A stretch of 64,000 bases of DNA from the human T2T-CHM13v2.0 reference genome, Homo sapiens. The position numbers and the translations under genes are program-made. Within the stretch, counting starts at the first letter, position 1; the number at the start of each line of letters is the position of its first letter. The DNA lies in the NCBI RefSeq assembly GCF_009914755.1, contig NC_060933.1; one strand, 5' to 3'. The notes below the pieces were generated by a model. It had not been told where the DNA came from and searched no databases. It saw only the letters and a list, made by a program, of their open reading frames with translations. Of this stretch, positions 12,330 to 26,556 are shown one piece after another.

Positions 12330-12520
12330 CAGCCAGCAGACGGGACTCGTACACATCACCGTGTCTTACACTCTTGCCTGTCACCGCGTCCCCTTATCTT
12401 CCCCTTTAGTGTATTTACTTCCCGCCACCCTTCCCTCCGCACTAGAATGTCTGCTCCATGTAGGCAAGTAGTTTGGGTCCTGCACCAGATAGACACGCAA
12501 TACATGTTTGTTGAATGACT
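12330..12520 (+). mobile_element. L2 3' end fragment
   Basis: ctagaatgtctgctccatgtaggca...caatacatgtttgttgaatgact resembles the L2 3' terminus. Confidence 0.6.
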
Positions 12521-14460
12521 AAAGGAAAGACAATGGTCTTTGGAGATCCTCCTTTCATGGAGGCCCTGGGCTTGGTGAGGTTAAGATCGGGTAGAATGAG
12601 GTGAGCTTCTCAAATCTCTGTGCCCCCCCCAAGCTGAGCGAGCGTCCGGCAAGGACAGGACCTGGGTTCCAGTGTGTGAGCCCCGCCCCGGTTGTCATGG
12701 GATCCTAGCGCCCTGGCCCCGGCTGGTCCTCACCAGCCCCCAGCCCAGGCCACCAGCGAGCGACTCACGGTGGGACAGCTCCATCCTAGAGACTCTCCCG
12801 GGAGGCCTGACCCAGGAAACACACTCCAGGAGCTGCTGGTGGTGGCACAAAGCTGGGGCACGCTCAGTTTTCTCACCACCAGCCCCTGAGATGAAAAGCA
12901 CAGGTGGGGAAACTGAAACCCGGCTCCCAGTCAACAAGGTGCAGGGTGCTGGTGTCTGGGCCACGTTCCCTTTAGATACACGGAGAAGCCCCTCGCTCCT
13001 CTCGGGAGGGCCTGGACGCCAGGTGGCATTTCTGCTGCTCTCCATCTGCAGCTCCTCCCACCTCCCGCCCCCCCCTCCCTGGCAGGACTCAATCTAGCAA
13101 GTTGTTCCACCTTCCCAGGGCCACCCACCCATGCCAACGCCACAGATTCCGATCGAGTCTCTGACTCACTACAGCCCAAGGATTTGCCAACAAAGTCAGA
13201 AATGAGCAGGTGGGGTGGAACAAGGTCAGAAATGGGCAGGTGGGGCGGGTGGAGATGCCAGGGACCTGCAAAGAGGGTGCTGGGCCACAGCGGGTGGCAC
13301 ACACTGACTCCCACCCCACACTGCACCCCGGTTCTAGACAGAGACGAAGGCAGCTGCAGCTAAAGGCATGTGCAGAGATCGGTGTGAGGGTGAGACGGAG
13401 GAAAATCGAGCTCAGGAAGCCTCCCTGTGCTCCAGCCCAGGCTCAGGCCTCATCTGCCAGCACACTCCCTGCCCTGGCTCAGGCCTAACCCTTACTGGAC
13501 CCACTTCTCATATGCAAATCCCGGGGGTCTCTGGAGGAGCCCAAGGCCCAGGCCCGAGAATATCAGGATCTGGTGCTTCGGCACAGGTGCCCCACCTCGG
13601 GGGTGCTGGGACTCCAGGATCCCCTGTACTGTGGTTTGCAAAGTGCTTTTCCGGGTGGGCTCCCACTCAACCTGAAAAACCCCCTGGGAGGGTAGAGAGT
13701 CCCAGCCCCATTTTAAAGAAAAGAAACCTCAAGGAAGTCAGACTCAGCTGCGGTCTCATGAGGAAGCTGGGGTCACCGGGCCGCTGACACCCACGTTGGC
13801 CTTTCCAGGGCTCCCAGATGCCGGGCTGTGGCTCTCCGGGCTGCGGCTGCTGCTGTTCTCTGCACAAGGAAGGGGTGTGAGGGGCAGCCCGCCCTTCCCA
13901 GCTCATCAGCTCAGGGTGTGGGCAGATGTTCCTCCAGCTGTAGGCATCAGCTGCGTGGAACCGTGGGGCACTGGAACTGTGCCTTTGCTGAACAGATTTG
14001 CCCGGAGATGTCTGTGAAACTGTAAGAGTTCCCGTTAAACCTACCACGCCATAAGCAATAGTACGAGTTCATAAAAGAATGAATATGGGCCAGGCTCGGG
14101 GCTGATCAGGGCTCAGCCAAGAGCCAGGCTCAGCACTTACTGTGTGACTGGATCTGAGCTCGGTCTGGGCCTGGGACCAGGGCTCAGCCTGGAGTGGGCA
14201 GGGGCTCAGTCTGGACTTGGGGTACAAAGCAAGAGCTCCCCATCCTGGAAGTAGAGCCTCCTCCCTGCACCAGCCAGAACCCACGTGACCCTCTGTTGTG
14301 CTGGGACCTGCACAGTATTTCCAGCAGCTGCCCGACACGATCCCCCATAAAGACATAAAGCAGAAACTGACTTTGAAATGGCCCTTTCTCCGCCGTATCT
14401 TTGGACATAAATTTAAATAAAATGGCAATTTAAATGCCTGCGACACCAACAAGGCAGCAT

Positions 14461-14678
14461 GGGCTGTCTCTGCGGGCTGCGTGGGGAGACAGACTGCGGC
14501 CCTCAACCCATCATCCTGTGCCACGCGGGCAAGGGTCGGCGCTGGGGCAGCGGGGAGGGCACCCAGCCCTTGGCAAGCGGAAAAGACACCCCCGGGGTCT
14601 CTGCCTCTCCCTGCTGAACCCTCTGCTGGCTCGGTTCCCAGGAGGCCCGGAGGAGCACACTCTCACCTTAGGCAAAGT
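14461..14678 (+). repeat. Local duplication A, copy 1 (template)
   Basis: Aligns to 17587-17792; 14599-14678 is identical to 17713-17792. Confidence 0.95.
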
Positions 14679-14790
14679 AATGCAGCAACTGTGCCTCGGT
14701 TTCCCCTCTGGGGAGGTGGGGGAAACATCATGTCTATGTTGTATACTCTGTGAGACTTGCAAGGCACCGAGTGGGTTCCCGCCCACTGTA
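14660..14790 (+). mobile_element. MIR fragment
   Basis: caccttaggcaaagtaa...ctgtgcctcggtttcccctctgggaggtgggg resembles the MIR core. Confidence 0.55.
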
Positions 14791-14904
14791 AGCACGTGCC
14801 AATGCCCCTGCTATGTGTCCAGCGGCAATGGGAGCTCCTGGGGGCAAGCACCCAGATCTCACTCAGGCCAGGACCGTTCTCCAGCCAGGGCCTCAGCACC
14901 TGCT

Positions 14905-15031
14905 GTACGCGGGCCCCACCGGAGCATCCCATGCAGCGGGTCTGGGGTGGGACCTGAGAATGGGCGTGTCTAGCAACTTCCCAGGGGCTACTGATCTGCC
15001 GGTCCAGGGACCACACGGTGAGACTCCCCTG
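14905..15031. mobile_element. MER5A-like hAT-Charlie DNA transposon fossil
   Basis: gggtctggggtgggacctgagaat...tctagcaacttcccagg...ctgccggtccagggaccacac matches the recalled MER5A consensus. Confidence 0.7.
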
Positions 15032-16327
15032 CACCAGAGAGAGCGCCCAGGGCTGCGTGGGGCCGTGGGCGGGAAGGGAAGCAGGAAGGAGTCAGAAGTC
15101 CTCGCTGGGGCCCAGCAGGAGGTGAGCAGAGGGGTCTGTGTGGGTGGGAGATGCCTGTGCCATGCCTGTCCAGCCCCCGCCCCTCAGGGCTGCCAGCAAC
15201 CCGTCCCTGGGTGCCACCCCCCTTGCCCCCTTGCCCAGAGCTCCCACACGGTGTCATCATCACTTTGAGCCCCCACAGCACCCGGCGCCACCAGGTCAAG
15301 TCTGCCTGATCTTCGAGCTCTACCAGGTCCCTCTGCAGCGCCTCGTTCACGCCTCACAACGGCAGCCTGGATGTCACAGCACTGTGTCCAGGTGAGCAAA
15401 ACAAAGCTCAGGTGGGAGACTTGGGTCATCTCCTTGGCCAGGGCCGCTGGCTCCATCCAAGTCCCAAGTTCTCTCCTCCAAACTTCCGCCTTAACTTTCT
15501 CCCTTCAAACTCTGAGGCTGAGCTTCCAACCAGGGCCCAAGCCCTAGTCTCTGGGAGTACCTAATCCACGTGGTCTCTAACCCTAACCCAAGACAAGCCT
15601 GGACCTGTGGCCCCCACACTCCCGGCTCCCCTAGGGACAGCCAGGCCCCTCTCTCCCTGTCTCCATGGTGCAGGCCCTGAGGAGAGCTGCCGGGCCCCAG
15701 GATGAGCATCTACAGCTCTCACAGGCGGTCTTTGCCAAGGTTGGCATCCTGGCATGAAAAGGCAGACATGACTCAGTAACGGTGAAGAAGGACTCGCTCC
15801 AGTGCTGAGCTCCCAGGGCGCGTCCCCAGCCCGCAGGGGGTGGAGAATGGGGAGGATGGGTGGTCTGATGACATCAGTGAGAGCCGCAGAAGGACCCAGC
15901 AGCCAGCTCTGGGGCGGGGCATCAGGCTGGAACCAGAACAGGTGTAGGTCGGGGAACCTGATATAAACCAGCCAGTGGCAGGACAGCCCAGAGCTTCCCG
16001 AGGAGTAGCAGGCAGACAGAGCTTGCCCAGCGGGAGGGCACAAGTGTGTGTTCACAGGTGCATGAGGAAGGGGCTTTGGGGTTTGTAGAGGGCTTTGCAA
16101 GTGGCAGGGACTTACTGGTCATTGATAAAAGGGCCAGCAGTGTCAGGAACTCAACCAGAGTCAAGAGTCAGAGACTCGATATGGTCTGGGGGCTCGGCTG
16201 GGGATCTGGTTCAAGGTCATCCTCCAGCCAGAGCGAAGAATTCTCAATAGCCCTTGGGGCTCTAGTAGAGCTTAGGTCAGGGTGGGACCCATGCCATGGA
16301 CTCAGGATGCTGAGGAGCAGGCAGTCA

Positions 16328-16535
16328 GCGAGGAGCGCGCAGAGCACAGACTCCCGGCTGAAACGGGCGGGTGTGGATGGCGAGGAGCGCGCAGAGCACA
16401 GACTCCCGGCTGAAACGGGCGGGTGTGGACGGCGAGGAGTGCGCAGAGCACAGACTCCCGGCTGAAACGGGCGGGTGTGGACGGCGAGGAGCACGCAGAG
16501 CACAGACTCCCGGCTGAAATGGGTGGGTATGGGTG
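16328..16535. repeat. CpG-rich minisatellite, 52-bp unit x4
   Basis: gcgaggagcgcgcagagcacagactcccggctgaaacgggcgggtgtggayg starting at 16328, 16380, 16432, 16484. Confidence 0.95.
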
Positions 16536-16997
16536 GGGGTGTTTGCAGGCAGGGTTCCCAGTGCCCCTCCTTCTTCTCAACCTGGGGTCCTTGCCCTTAG
16601 AGTCTGATAAGATCACTCGGATGCCTCCCAGTCTGTGGTCAGCCAGGCCCTCTCTGAGGGGCTCGGCCGCAGGCCAGCCTCCTCCAACTCGATTTCCAGA
16701 AAAACCCCCCATCAGCTACCAGGCTCCCCCAGCCCCACGGGTCCCAGCAGCTCCTGCCAGCCATGAGCCAAGACGAGTCTCCACCCAGAAGCTTTCTCCT
16801 CCTCTGCCTGTCCCGACGCCACTTCCTCATCCTTGCCCTTCTGCCAGCCCAAATGTGGGACCCACCCCAACACTGCCGGACACCACCCACCAGGACTGGG
16901 ACAGCGGACAGGGGATAGGTGACCGGGCTGACACGGGGTGGAAGGAGGGCATTGAAAGCTGACGGGCAGAAGAGGCAAAGTTGTCAATTTCACTTCC

Positions 16998-17023
16998 TTT
17001 TTTTTTTTTTTTTTTTTTTTTTT
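16998..17023. repeat. Poly-T mononucleotide tract (T26)
   Basis: Direct reading; no Alu body attached. Confidence 0.9.
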
Positions 17024-17205
17024 CATCTCTTGGCCTCCTTGGAGAAGAGGCTGCTGATTCTGGGGCTGGAGCAGGGAAAAGGCAGGTGAGCCTGGAGCGT
17101 CCCATGAGGTCAGGAAGGAAGAGGTGTTCGGAACCACCAACACATGTCAAAGGGACACAGGGGCAAACTAAAGGGGCTCCCACAGCCAAAGAAAGAAAAG
17201 AAATA

Positions 17206-17792
<587 letters not shown>

Positions 17793-17879
17793 GCTGCTGC
17801 TGACATTAAATGGGGGAGAAGAGACAGCTCTTCTTTGAGAAGAAATCTCATTGGTAAATGTGGAAGGAATGAGGGAAAC

Positions 17880-18050
17880 AGGGTGTCGCGGTGAGAGGAC
17901 CACAGACATAAGCATTGCCACCGAGACCCACCGACGGACACACGAATCAATAAACAAACTTGAGAGAGTGTCTCGGTGAGAAGACCACAGTCATAAGCGT
18001 TGCCACCGAGACCCACCGACGGACACACAAATCAATAAACAAACTTGAGG
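17880..18050. repeat. Tandem duplication, ~85-bp unit x2 within L1
   Basis: gtgtcKcggtgagaRgaccacag...gagacccaccgacggacacacRaatcaataaacaaacttgag twice. Confidence 0.9.
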
Positions 18051-21000
18051 GGACGACAGGCCTGCGTTGGCTTCGAGTGTCTCCCTTGAGGTATTTATTA
18101 ATTTCAAAGAGAAAAATGGTGACTTCCCAGTGGAGAAACCCAGCAGGCACCAGTGTCCTCCATTGTCGGGGTCAGCCTCCTCAAAGACTTATCCATGTCA
18201 CGCTTCCACGATGGAATGCACACAGAAGGGCCCTTCCCTTCTTCAAAATTCCTGCCAAAAGTGCAGAGCCTCCATCTTATCATTAAATACGGTCTCAGGA
18301 GCCCAAATGGAGGGAGAGTTCACAGAGCCACTGGCCCGTGCTGACCCAAAGGAAGAGACAAGGCAAGAATGGAGAGATGTCATAGGTTAGAGGCTGGGGA
18401 TGCCTGATGACAAAATGCAGCATGGCATCTGGAGGTGGAGGACAGTGGGTCAGATCCTAAAACAGGAAAAGAACATTTGTTTAAAAAAAAGAAAAAAAAC
18501 TGGCAAAATCCAAATGGGGTCTGTAGCTCAGCTAACAGTATCACCCAGCGTTAATGTCTTGGCACTTGTATTATAGTTATGCAGGATATTCACGTCAGGA
18601 AAAGCTGAGTGCAGGGTACACGGGACATGTCTGTCCTCTTTTACAACTTTTATTTCTATTTTGAAATTATTTCAGGTTAAAAGCATCTCTTTCGCCATAT
18701 TTCAGAGCTGGGACTCCAGCTGCCCTCACAGAAGCTCAGCTCTGCCACACCTGCTCTCCTCTGCTTCCTGACCCGCAAGCCCCCGGCACTCCCCAGGCAC
18801 AGCCGGGTGGCCTTCTCCTTCCTAAAGCAGCAACTTTCGATGCTTTTCCAAGTGCAGGCAGCTCTTTCCTCGAGAGGAACTCTCGCAGCAGCTGGCAAAG
18901 AGAAACCCTTTCTCACTTAGTCCTGGCCCCACACAGGCTGCCCACAATGAGACCCCAGGAACAGCTGGACTCTCAGCTCCTGGACCAGCCTTCAGCAAGA
19001 GCAGGTGCCCACCCCCACCGACTGTGAGCCATGTCTCACCCTCCCCAGCCTTCCACACCCCTTGCCACGTGAGTGTCCTCGGAGGGGTTGGAGGGATGGA
19101 GCCCTGTTCCCATTCCAGAGGGAGGCCACGCAGGGAGGCAGTGGGATAAAAGCCCATGGGTGAGCCCACCAGCCCCACTGTGTAGGGTAAGCAAGAGGCC
19201 TCCTCAGGAGGAGCCAGGGAAGCCAGCAGGTCTGGGGAAATGGGGCTTTTTGAAATGGGAACATGAAGTTAGAGAGGTCCTGGCAAGATGGTAGTCTTAT
19301 TTAATGATTCCGTTTGCAAGCATTGGAGACACTCACATCCTTGGGCAATAGGAGTGTCTTACAAAGATAGGGAAGGGGCCCTGGGGCCCAGGACAGCTGC
19401 CAGGAGTGGCCTCTCAAGGAGCTGCTGTCCCAGATGCAGGTGAGACCCAGCAGCCGGCTACCACAGATGCTCCCTCCCCGACTGATGTGGCCCCTGCTGC
19501 AGCCACCCCCCTGAATATCTGCAGCTTCTGCCCCCACCACATTCTTGGTTCTGTATACGTGCCCCCATACATTGTCTACGGTGGGCAGGTTAGCCCTGCC
19601 AGGCAGTGCTGTAGCACAAGGCCAACTGATAGCCATCGCAGAGTCTGCGGGTGGCTGCCTGGGGCTCAGATGCTCACCTCTGGCCAGGATGGTAAGTCAT
19701 GTGATACAGAATATGCGTAAACACCTTTATACAAAAAATAGAAATAAAAAATTGCCCACCCAAATGATTCTACTATCTCCCATCTCCCCTGATCCCTAGC
19801 CCCATGCCAAGTTTCTCTTGAGAAATTCCTCTAAAGAATTTCCCAATAGTTTCTCAGCCTACCTTTGGGGAATTCAGTCAAGGGAGGACGTCAACAAAGC
19901 CAGAAAAGAAAAATCTGCAACTCTACCCATGGGCCACATGCCACTGTGCTCTGTCCAAAAGGGCCCTCGCAGCCTCCAGGAAACAAAGAAATGGTCAGAG
20001 CTGTGAGCCTTCTACCCCCATTTGACCCCACACCCCTGTCCTCCAAGAACTGAACCCCTTTAACAAGCAATCACAGGGCCTGAGTCATTTCTACCCAATC
20101 CAGGCAGCAGCAGGAGGTATCTGTGAAACACACTGTATGACTTCACACTGTGAAATAGATTAATAAACCATTATGATAAGCAAGCTGATTATTAGCATGA
20201 GAACGAGGCTCCAGAGCTAACTGAAGCCATCCAGCAAAATGTCGGCGTCTTCTTCGGGTATGAAATATTAATTGCACCCAAGCTTGGGCTGGAAGGTAGG
20301 GGTCGGTTTGTACCTTTTCTTCTCCAGACAAACGTCAGATGGGGCCCTTCTCCTGGGACAAGGCCAGGGCCACCGCTGGGAGCCACCCCACTCCTGAAGG
20401 CAGTGGTCTTCTCCAGAGGAGGCTGGCGTTTGGTTACATATGTGACCCTTTTCTCAGTCCACTTCAAGAGAATGGAGAAATTCCTGGAGTGTCGGGGAGC
20501 TCAGCCTCTATTCTTATGGGGTCTTATCCTGGGGAGGAGGTTTAGGGCAGCCTTTTCTATTGAATTTTGCTGTGTTCCTTTGAGGCACTCATCCCAGGGG
20601 CTTTGAACCAGGCTGGAGGTGACTTGCACATTCTGCAGACCAGAGCAATGCCATTCCAGACCCCAAAAGGGGCCCTCAACTTCCTGACCCTTCTTGCTGT
20701 TCCTCCTGCAGCCCAAGGGGTCCTTCAGCCAGCTCCAGTTGTGGTGGGAGAGCTGCAGACTGCTCACGGCCTGCCCGGCCCCTGTGTCGACGGCCCCTCC
20801 CTAACCATCCGGGCATTCTTTGGAGGCCAGGCCCCTGGTGCTCTCAGGGTAAGGACAACTCCAGTGAGGTGAGAGTTCTGGGTGGGAATGCACTTCCCCA
20901 GACCTGTCCTTCCTCAAACCCGCTTCCTGCTGGGAAGGGGATAGCCCAACTGTGCAAGGGAAGACAGACGGGGCCAGGGAAGGGGATGGGTGTGAGCTTC

Positions 21001-21789
21001 GACTCGGCACTGGCAGCCGGAGCTGTAATTTCTAGGCTTCGTATTTATGACTTCAGCAGAGGCTGGCCTGGAGTGGTGAATCCCAGAGCTGCAACCCACA
21101 GGCAAAGCAAAAGTAGCTGGATTGCGGGTCTGGCCTTGGCAGGCCAGAGTTCCCACGCGACAGGAAGGCTGGACACAGGCCTTGCCCAACCCAGAAAGTA
21201 CTGGATAGAGGGTGGAACCCCAGGGAGCAGTGAGCAGGAGGGAGGTTACTGCAGGCTTAGAGGAGGCGGTCGCAGCTCCCCTAAACCTGCGGGCACAAAG
21301 GTGACCCAAAGGAGAGGGGGCAGGTTCTGAGTCCTCCGCCATGTGGTAAATCCTAACGGCCTCTTTCTGCATTGTCGTAGCAACCACACTTTTTCAGAAG
21401 TGGCCAGCCCTCTGCTGTGTGTTAGATTTCAGGAGATATATATACCAATTTTCCAACATCAACTAAAATAAAAAAAAAAAATCCGCTTTATACTATGGCA
21501 TTTTTAAATTAAGGTGAATTAAAATTCTTCTGCTTTGAAGATTGTTTTAAGACTGCTGTGACAACCTGGAGATCATCACCAGCCTCCTGGGGTCCCATCT
21601 GACCCCAGCTGTGATGCCGTCTGCACGGCACCCTCCATCATCCCTAACGCAGACACCCCCAACTGAGCCTACAGACGAGGACACGCCTGACGCCGGCCCC
21701 AGGAGAACATACTGACCTAAAAGAGGAGGCAGAAGTGGACGCTCTCGTCTCCTGCTGTGCAGAAATGAAGGCAGCCTTTCAGCAGCCCT

Positions 21790-22250
21790 GCGTGGTAGCG
21801 TTCATTAAACCCCTTAAAAATACACGTGCCATCTCCACATGATGGGATTTTACCAGGCAGTAGCAGGGAACGATGTTCCAACATGTGCCTCCACGTGGGC
21901 AAACCTCAGCACAGTATGCTCAGGGGAAGGAGCCCCGCACAAAAGGCGGGTGTAGCAGGACTTCCCAAGTGCAAAGCGCTCAGAATAGGTAAACCCGCAG
22001 GTGAGAGCAGATGAGTGGCCACCAGGGCTTGGGGAGTGGGAGGCAATGAGTGCCCAGAGGTACCAGGTCTAGAAAATGTTCTAAAATTGATTGTGGTGGT
22101 AGATGTAGAACACTGAATATACTAGAAACCACTGAGCTGGCATCTACTAAGTTATCTCAATGTATTGGAAGAAGGGTGGGTGGGGAATATACTGGGATAA
22201 TTGTATGGGGTGTGAATTACATTTCCATAAAACTAGTTTTTTAAAAAAAC
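21790..22250 (+). mobile_element. L1MB/L1ME 3' end fragment
   Basis: gaaaatgttctaaaattgattgtggtgg...tgaatatactagaaaccactga...tgtgaattacatttccataaaac. Confidence 0.8.
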
Positions 22251-22258
22251 ACTACAAA

Positions 22259-22564
<306 letters not shown>

Positions 22565-22569
22565 TTATT

Positions 22570-22985
22570 ATGGAAAAATATATATACATACATAACCTCT
22601 GACGCAGAAATCCTACTTCTAGAAGTGTATCCTCGGGAAATAATGAAGGGTGTGCACACGTGTTTGAATACACTGGGAAGTAGACGTAAATGCCGGTGTG
22701 TGTGCTCAGTCCAGCGCCACACAGGCAGCGGCTCACACCATGGGTAGAAACGCAGTTATTGACACAACTCTGTGTCCACAGTAAACTGTTGAGTGAAATT
22801 AACAGGTTACAAACAGCAAATGTGGATACTACAAAATGCTACACCTTACATACATGGAGGAATGATCCATAAATTATAAATGGGGGTTTACTTCCAGGTA
22901 GTGAGATGGGATTTTTCTCTCTTTTTTTCAGTTTTCAGGAATGTCTCATTTTTCTATGTGGCCAGTATTATTTGTGCAATAAACA
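22570..22985 (+). mobile_element. Old L1ME-like fragment
   Basis: acctctgacgcagaaatcctacttctagaagtgtatcct resembles the L1 ORF2-end motif. Confidence 0.5.
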
Positions 22986-23697
22986 GATACAATTTATTTC
23001 TTGGAGAGGAGGGAGGGAGAACAAATCAGGAGCCCAAATTGGTTTTGCTTTGAGCAAACTGAGAGTCAGCAGGCCAGGTAGAGGACAGCCCGTGCCCAGC
23101 ATCCCCAGCGCAGAGCAGACTTGCCTCAGGGGCTCCGTCGTATGTAAAGCTTAAATGACAAATCCTTCCCAGAATCCCCGGCTCCCAAGGCTGAGCCCCA
23201 GAGGGCCCCGAAGCTGGCGGAAGAGGCCGGTGCCATGCGGGGCCACATCTGGTGTCGGTTCCGCAGCCTCCCAGGGCCCCAAGACCAGGAGGTGGGCGCT
23301 GGGCCAGCTCCATTCACCTGCACATTATTTCCTGCTAATCAGCATCACTCTGCCCCGAGGGGTGCCCACCTGGGGCCCACCAGCTGCGCAGAGGAGCCAC
23401 TCCCTGTTCCCAGCATGCTTGGCTGGGTTTGGGAAGACTGGGCATAAGCGGAGCTGACAGCCCCATCTGTTTCCTCCCGAGGCGCAGGAGCGCTCTGAGC
23501 AGGCCTGGTACCTATGAACACTCGGGCCCAGGCTGAGCTGGGGAGCCTCCCCCTCCCCAGCCGGAGCCCCCGGCCCACCCCCTCGCTGCTCCTGCCAAGG
23601 TGCAGGAGACCGACTGAGAGTCAGGCCCTGCCACCCAGACACCAGCCTCGGGGGCTGGACACTCTATCGGGATGGACGCTCAGACCCTTGCAAGGCA

Positions 23698-23839
23698 GCA
23701 CTGACGGGAGCCACGGCGGAGCAATGGCCTCGATAGTGACCGGGCACTGACGGGAGCCACGGCGGAGCAACGGCCTCGATAGTGACCTGGCACTGACGGG
23801 AGCCACGGCGGAGCAACGGCCTCGATAGTGACCGGGCAC
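23698..23839. repeat. CpG-rich minisatellite, 46-bp unit x3
   Basis: gcactgacgggagccacggcggagcaayggcctcgatagtgacckg at 23698, 23744, 23790. Confidence 0.95.
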
Positions 23840-25137
23840 GAGGTGTTTTCACAGATTCCTTTCGTTTCAACCACCAGCAGTCACATGAGCTGGGGGCTCC
23901 TGGGTGCCCCCTCTGTGGGTGAGGAAACTGAAGCTCGGCAAGATTGTCTCTCAGTTACTAATCTGCAGAGCTGGGGCCCAGCCTCAAGGCAACGTGAATC
24001 TGGAAATTGGGCTCCTAGGCTCCCTGCCAAGGGTCTTGAACGCCAGGGGAGAGCATGTCTGCATGACTTCCCACCGTGGGCTTCCAGGCTGGGACGGGGC
24101 AGTGGCACTCCTTCCCAGCAGCGGGGTGGAGGGAAGAAGCCCCGTGGGAAAGGTCCCACAGAGCAGACACGCGAGCCCAGGTGTGTCAGGAGGCTCCTGT
24201 GTGGCAGGTGGGGAACTGGATGCTGGCAGGTGGGGAGGGTCTGGGCCTGCAGGTGGGAAGGGAAGGAAGGATGGGGCCCATCCCCTCGCTGGGAATTCCC
24301 TGGAGATGCTCCTTCTTCGGGGAGAGGGTCATAGGCAAGAAGCGCCCTAGGAGATGGCCTGTAAGGACTGAGGAAGGCAACGGGACCGACAGTGCAGCTG
24401 ACCTGGGAGAAGCCTGCAGCAGCCAAGGCCTCAGCTGGTCACATGGGGTTGGGGAGGGGTCTGGAGCTGAGATGGGGCCCCTCAGAGTTGTCCTGAACTG
24501 TCCTGAACAAGGGGGCCGGGCCTTTGCACCCCTGCATCAGCCAGTGGTTGGCTCAGCCTGTCCCATCCCAGCCCAGCCCTGCCCGGGGAGGGACCTAGCC
24601 CAGGGCCCAGGGTGGCTGCCAAGAGCAGACCCTGCCAGCAGCTGAGGCTGGGTCATCAGGCTAGAGGGGGATATAGTGGACCCCCAGAGCATCACAGCAG
24701 AGCCCTGAAGGGCTCAGAGCCAGCCAGGGACAGGGGCGGCCTCTATCTGCCCAGAGAAAGCCAAGGGATCCAGGCAAGACCCCCCAGAGCTCCCATCTGC
24801 TAAGAGACATGAGACAAGCCACTTCTGGTTCCCAGTGCCCTGAGAGAGCCTTCCCCATGGGCCCTCGTGGTTGTGGCTGCTGCACCCACAGGGTCCTGCA
24901 TGGGCTTTGGTGCCTCCTTCCTCGGGGGCCGGGAGCTGTGGAGGAATGTGATGCAGGTGCCATGGGAGGAGCCTGGGAGACCCTCGCCCACTCCCCCACA
25001 GCAGGCAGCCACTGAGAGGAGTCCCTTGGCCTCTGCACTCCTTCCCGGCTCACAGCCCCACACAGGCACCAGGACATGTTTTCATAGGCCAAAGGTGGTA
25101 CAGCAGCCTGAGGCAGCCCCCTGGGCCAGAACTTTGC

Positions 25138-25437
25138 TTTTTTTTTTTTTTTTTTTTTTTTTGGAGACACAGTTTCACTCTGTCGCTCAGGCTTGAGTGT
25201 AGTGGTGCGATCTCGGCCCCTCCACTTCCTGGGTTCAAGCGATTCTCGTGTCTCACCCTCCTGAGTAGCTACAATTACAGACACGTGTCACCGCGCCCAG
25301 CTAAGTTTTGTATTATTAATAAAGATGGGGTTTTGCCATGTTAGCCAGGTTGGTCTCGAACTCCTGGCCTCATGTGATCCACCCACCTCGGCCTCCCAAT
25401 GTGCTAGGATTACAGGAGTGAGCCACCATGCCCGGCC
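25138..25437 (-). mobile_element. AluS/J (AluSz-like)
   Basis: Poly-T then reverse Alu ending cccggcc; imperfect TSD actttgc/acttcgc. Confidence 0.95.
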
Positions 25438-26556
25438 ACTTCGCATTTTTAAAAGTAGTGCTTTTTCTCTTTATGAACATATTAGAGCTCACTGGGGGGA
25501 ACCCAAACACGTCCATCCCCTCACTTCCCGTCACTTCCTGGACGTCCTCCATTCGTTTCATCCAGGAAGTGAAGCCTCTCCAAATCCCCCACCCAGAGAA
25601 AAGTTGTGGAAGCCTTGAGGCCCTCCCTCCCCGGCCTGCAGATTGTGTTACACAGTCAGAGCGCTGTGCTTGTGTGGATGGGATTTTTCATGCTGGCCTG
25701 AGTCTGCTTGTTTCACTCAGCAATATGCTGTCCATGGATGCAGATGTGCGTTTGGCCTTTCCTTCACCATTACGATTGTCAAAATGTTGTGCCGAAGCCT
25801 CTGTGCCTCGGGACAGGTCCTCTCCCCCACCGCAGCAGGAGGACCCAGCCAGGCCGGCAGAGCAGACAGGAGCCTCCACATGAGTGCTTCAACCCCACCA
25901 AGCCTAGGAGGTGGGGCTGCCGGGGGCTCTGCCGAGTTGACAGCATCGAGGACATCCGCTAAGCAAGAAAGCTCTCGGGAGCCTTCGATGGTGGGAGGGA
26001 GATCGGAGCCCAGGAACTGGAGACGGCCCAGCTGCCGTAACTTCTTGCCTCAATCAATAGCTATTTCTCCGCTCCAAATTACTTTCTTTTCCCCCAGAAA
26101 CCATCAGAGGCACCTGCTGCCAATCAGCTATGACACTTTAAAGAAATGCTGTTGAAATTCCCAGACCCGGGAGGGTTGTCTGGGTCCGCTGTTTGTTCAC
26201 ATGTCTCCGACAATGCCAACAGAGATAGGAAGAGACAGGAGAGTGGGGCTAATGGGCTGCACTCAGCAGCTGGGCCCCGGCCACAGAGGGGCTGCCACAG
26301 GGTATGCGGGGCTACGGGGTCCCTGGAGGGGTCTCCACACGGTGGGGGAAACGCGGCCTGACTTGCTTTGGCACTGACCTTGGCCATCCCTTTGTGGACC
26401 CAACATAACTGGCCCCCAACCATGTTCGAGCCCTGTACCAGGTACAGGTCCGCAGAGGCAAAAGGGACAAGCGTCCTGCGCACTGGGAACAGGTCAGGGG
26501 AGGAGAAGGGGACAGGAGGCCACACAGAAGCAACTCATGGGGGCTAAAATAAAACA

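Noticed and set aside
16998-17023. Orphan T26 as the tail of a processed pseudogene
   Set aside because: No recognisable retrocopy body or TSD next to it.
23698-23839. CRISPR-like appearance of the 46-bp, 52-bp and 28-bp repeats
   Set aside because: Head-to-tail with no unique spacers, no cas genes, and the DNA is primate.
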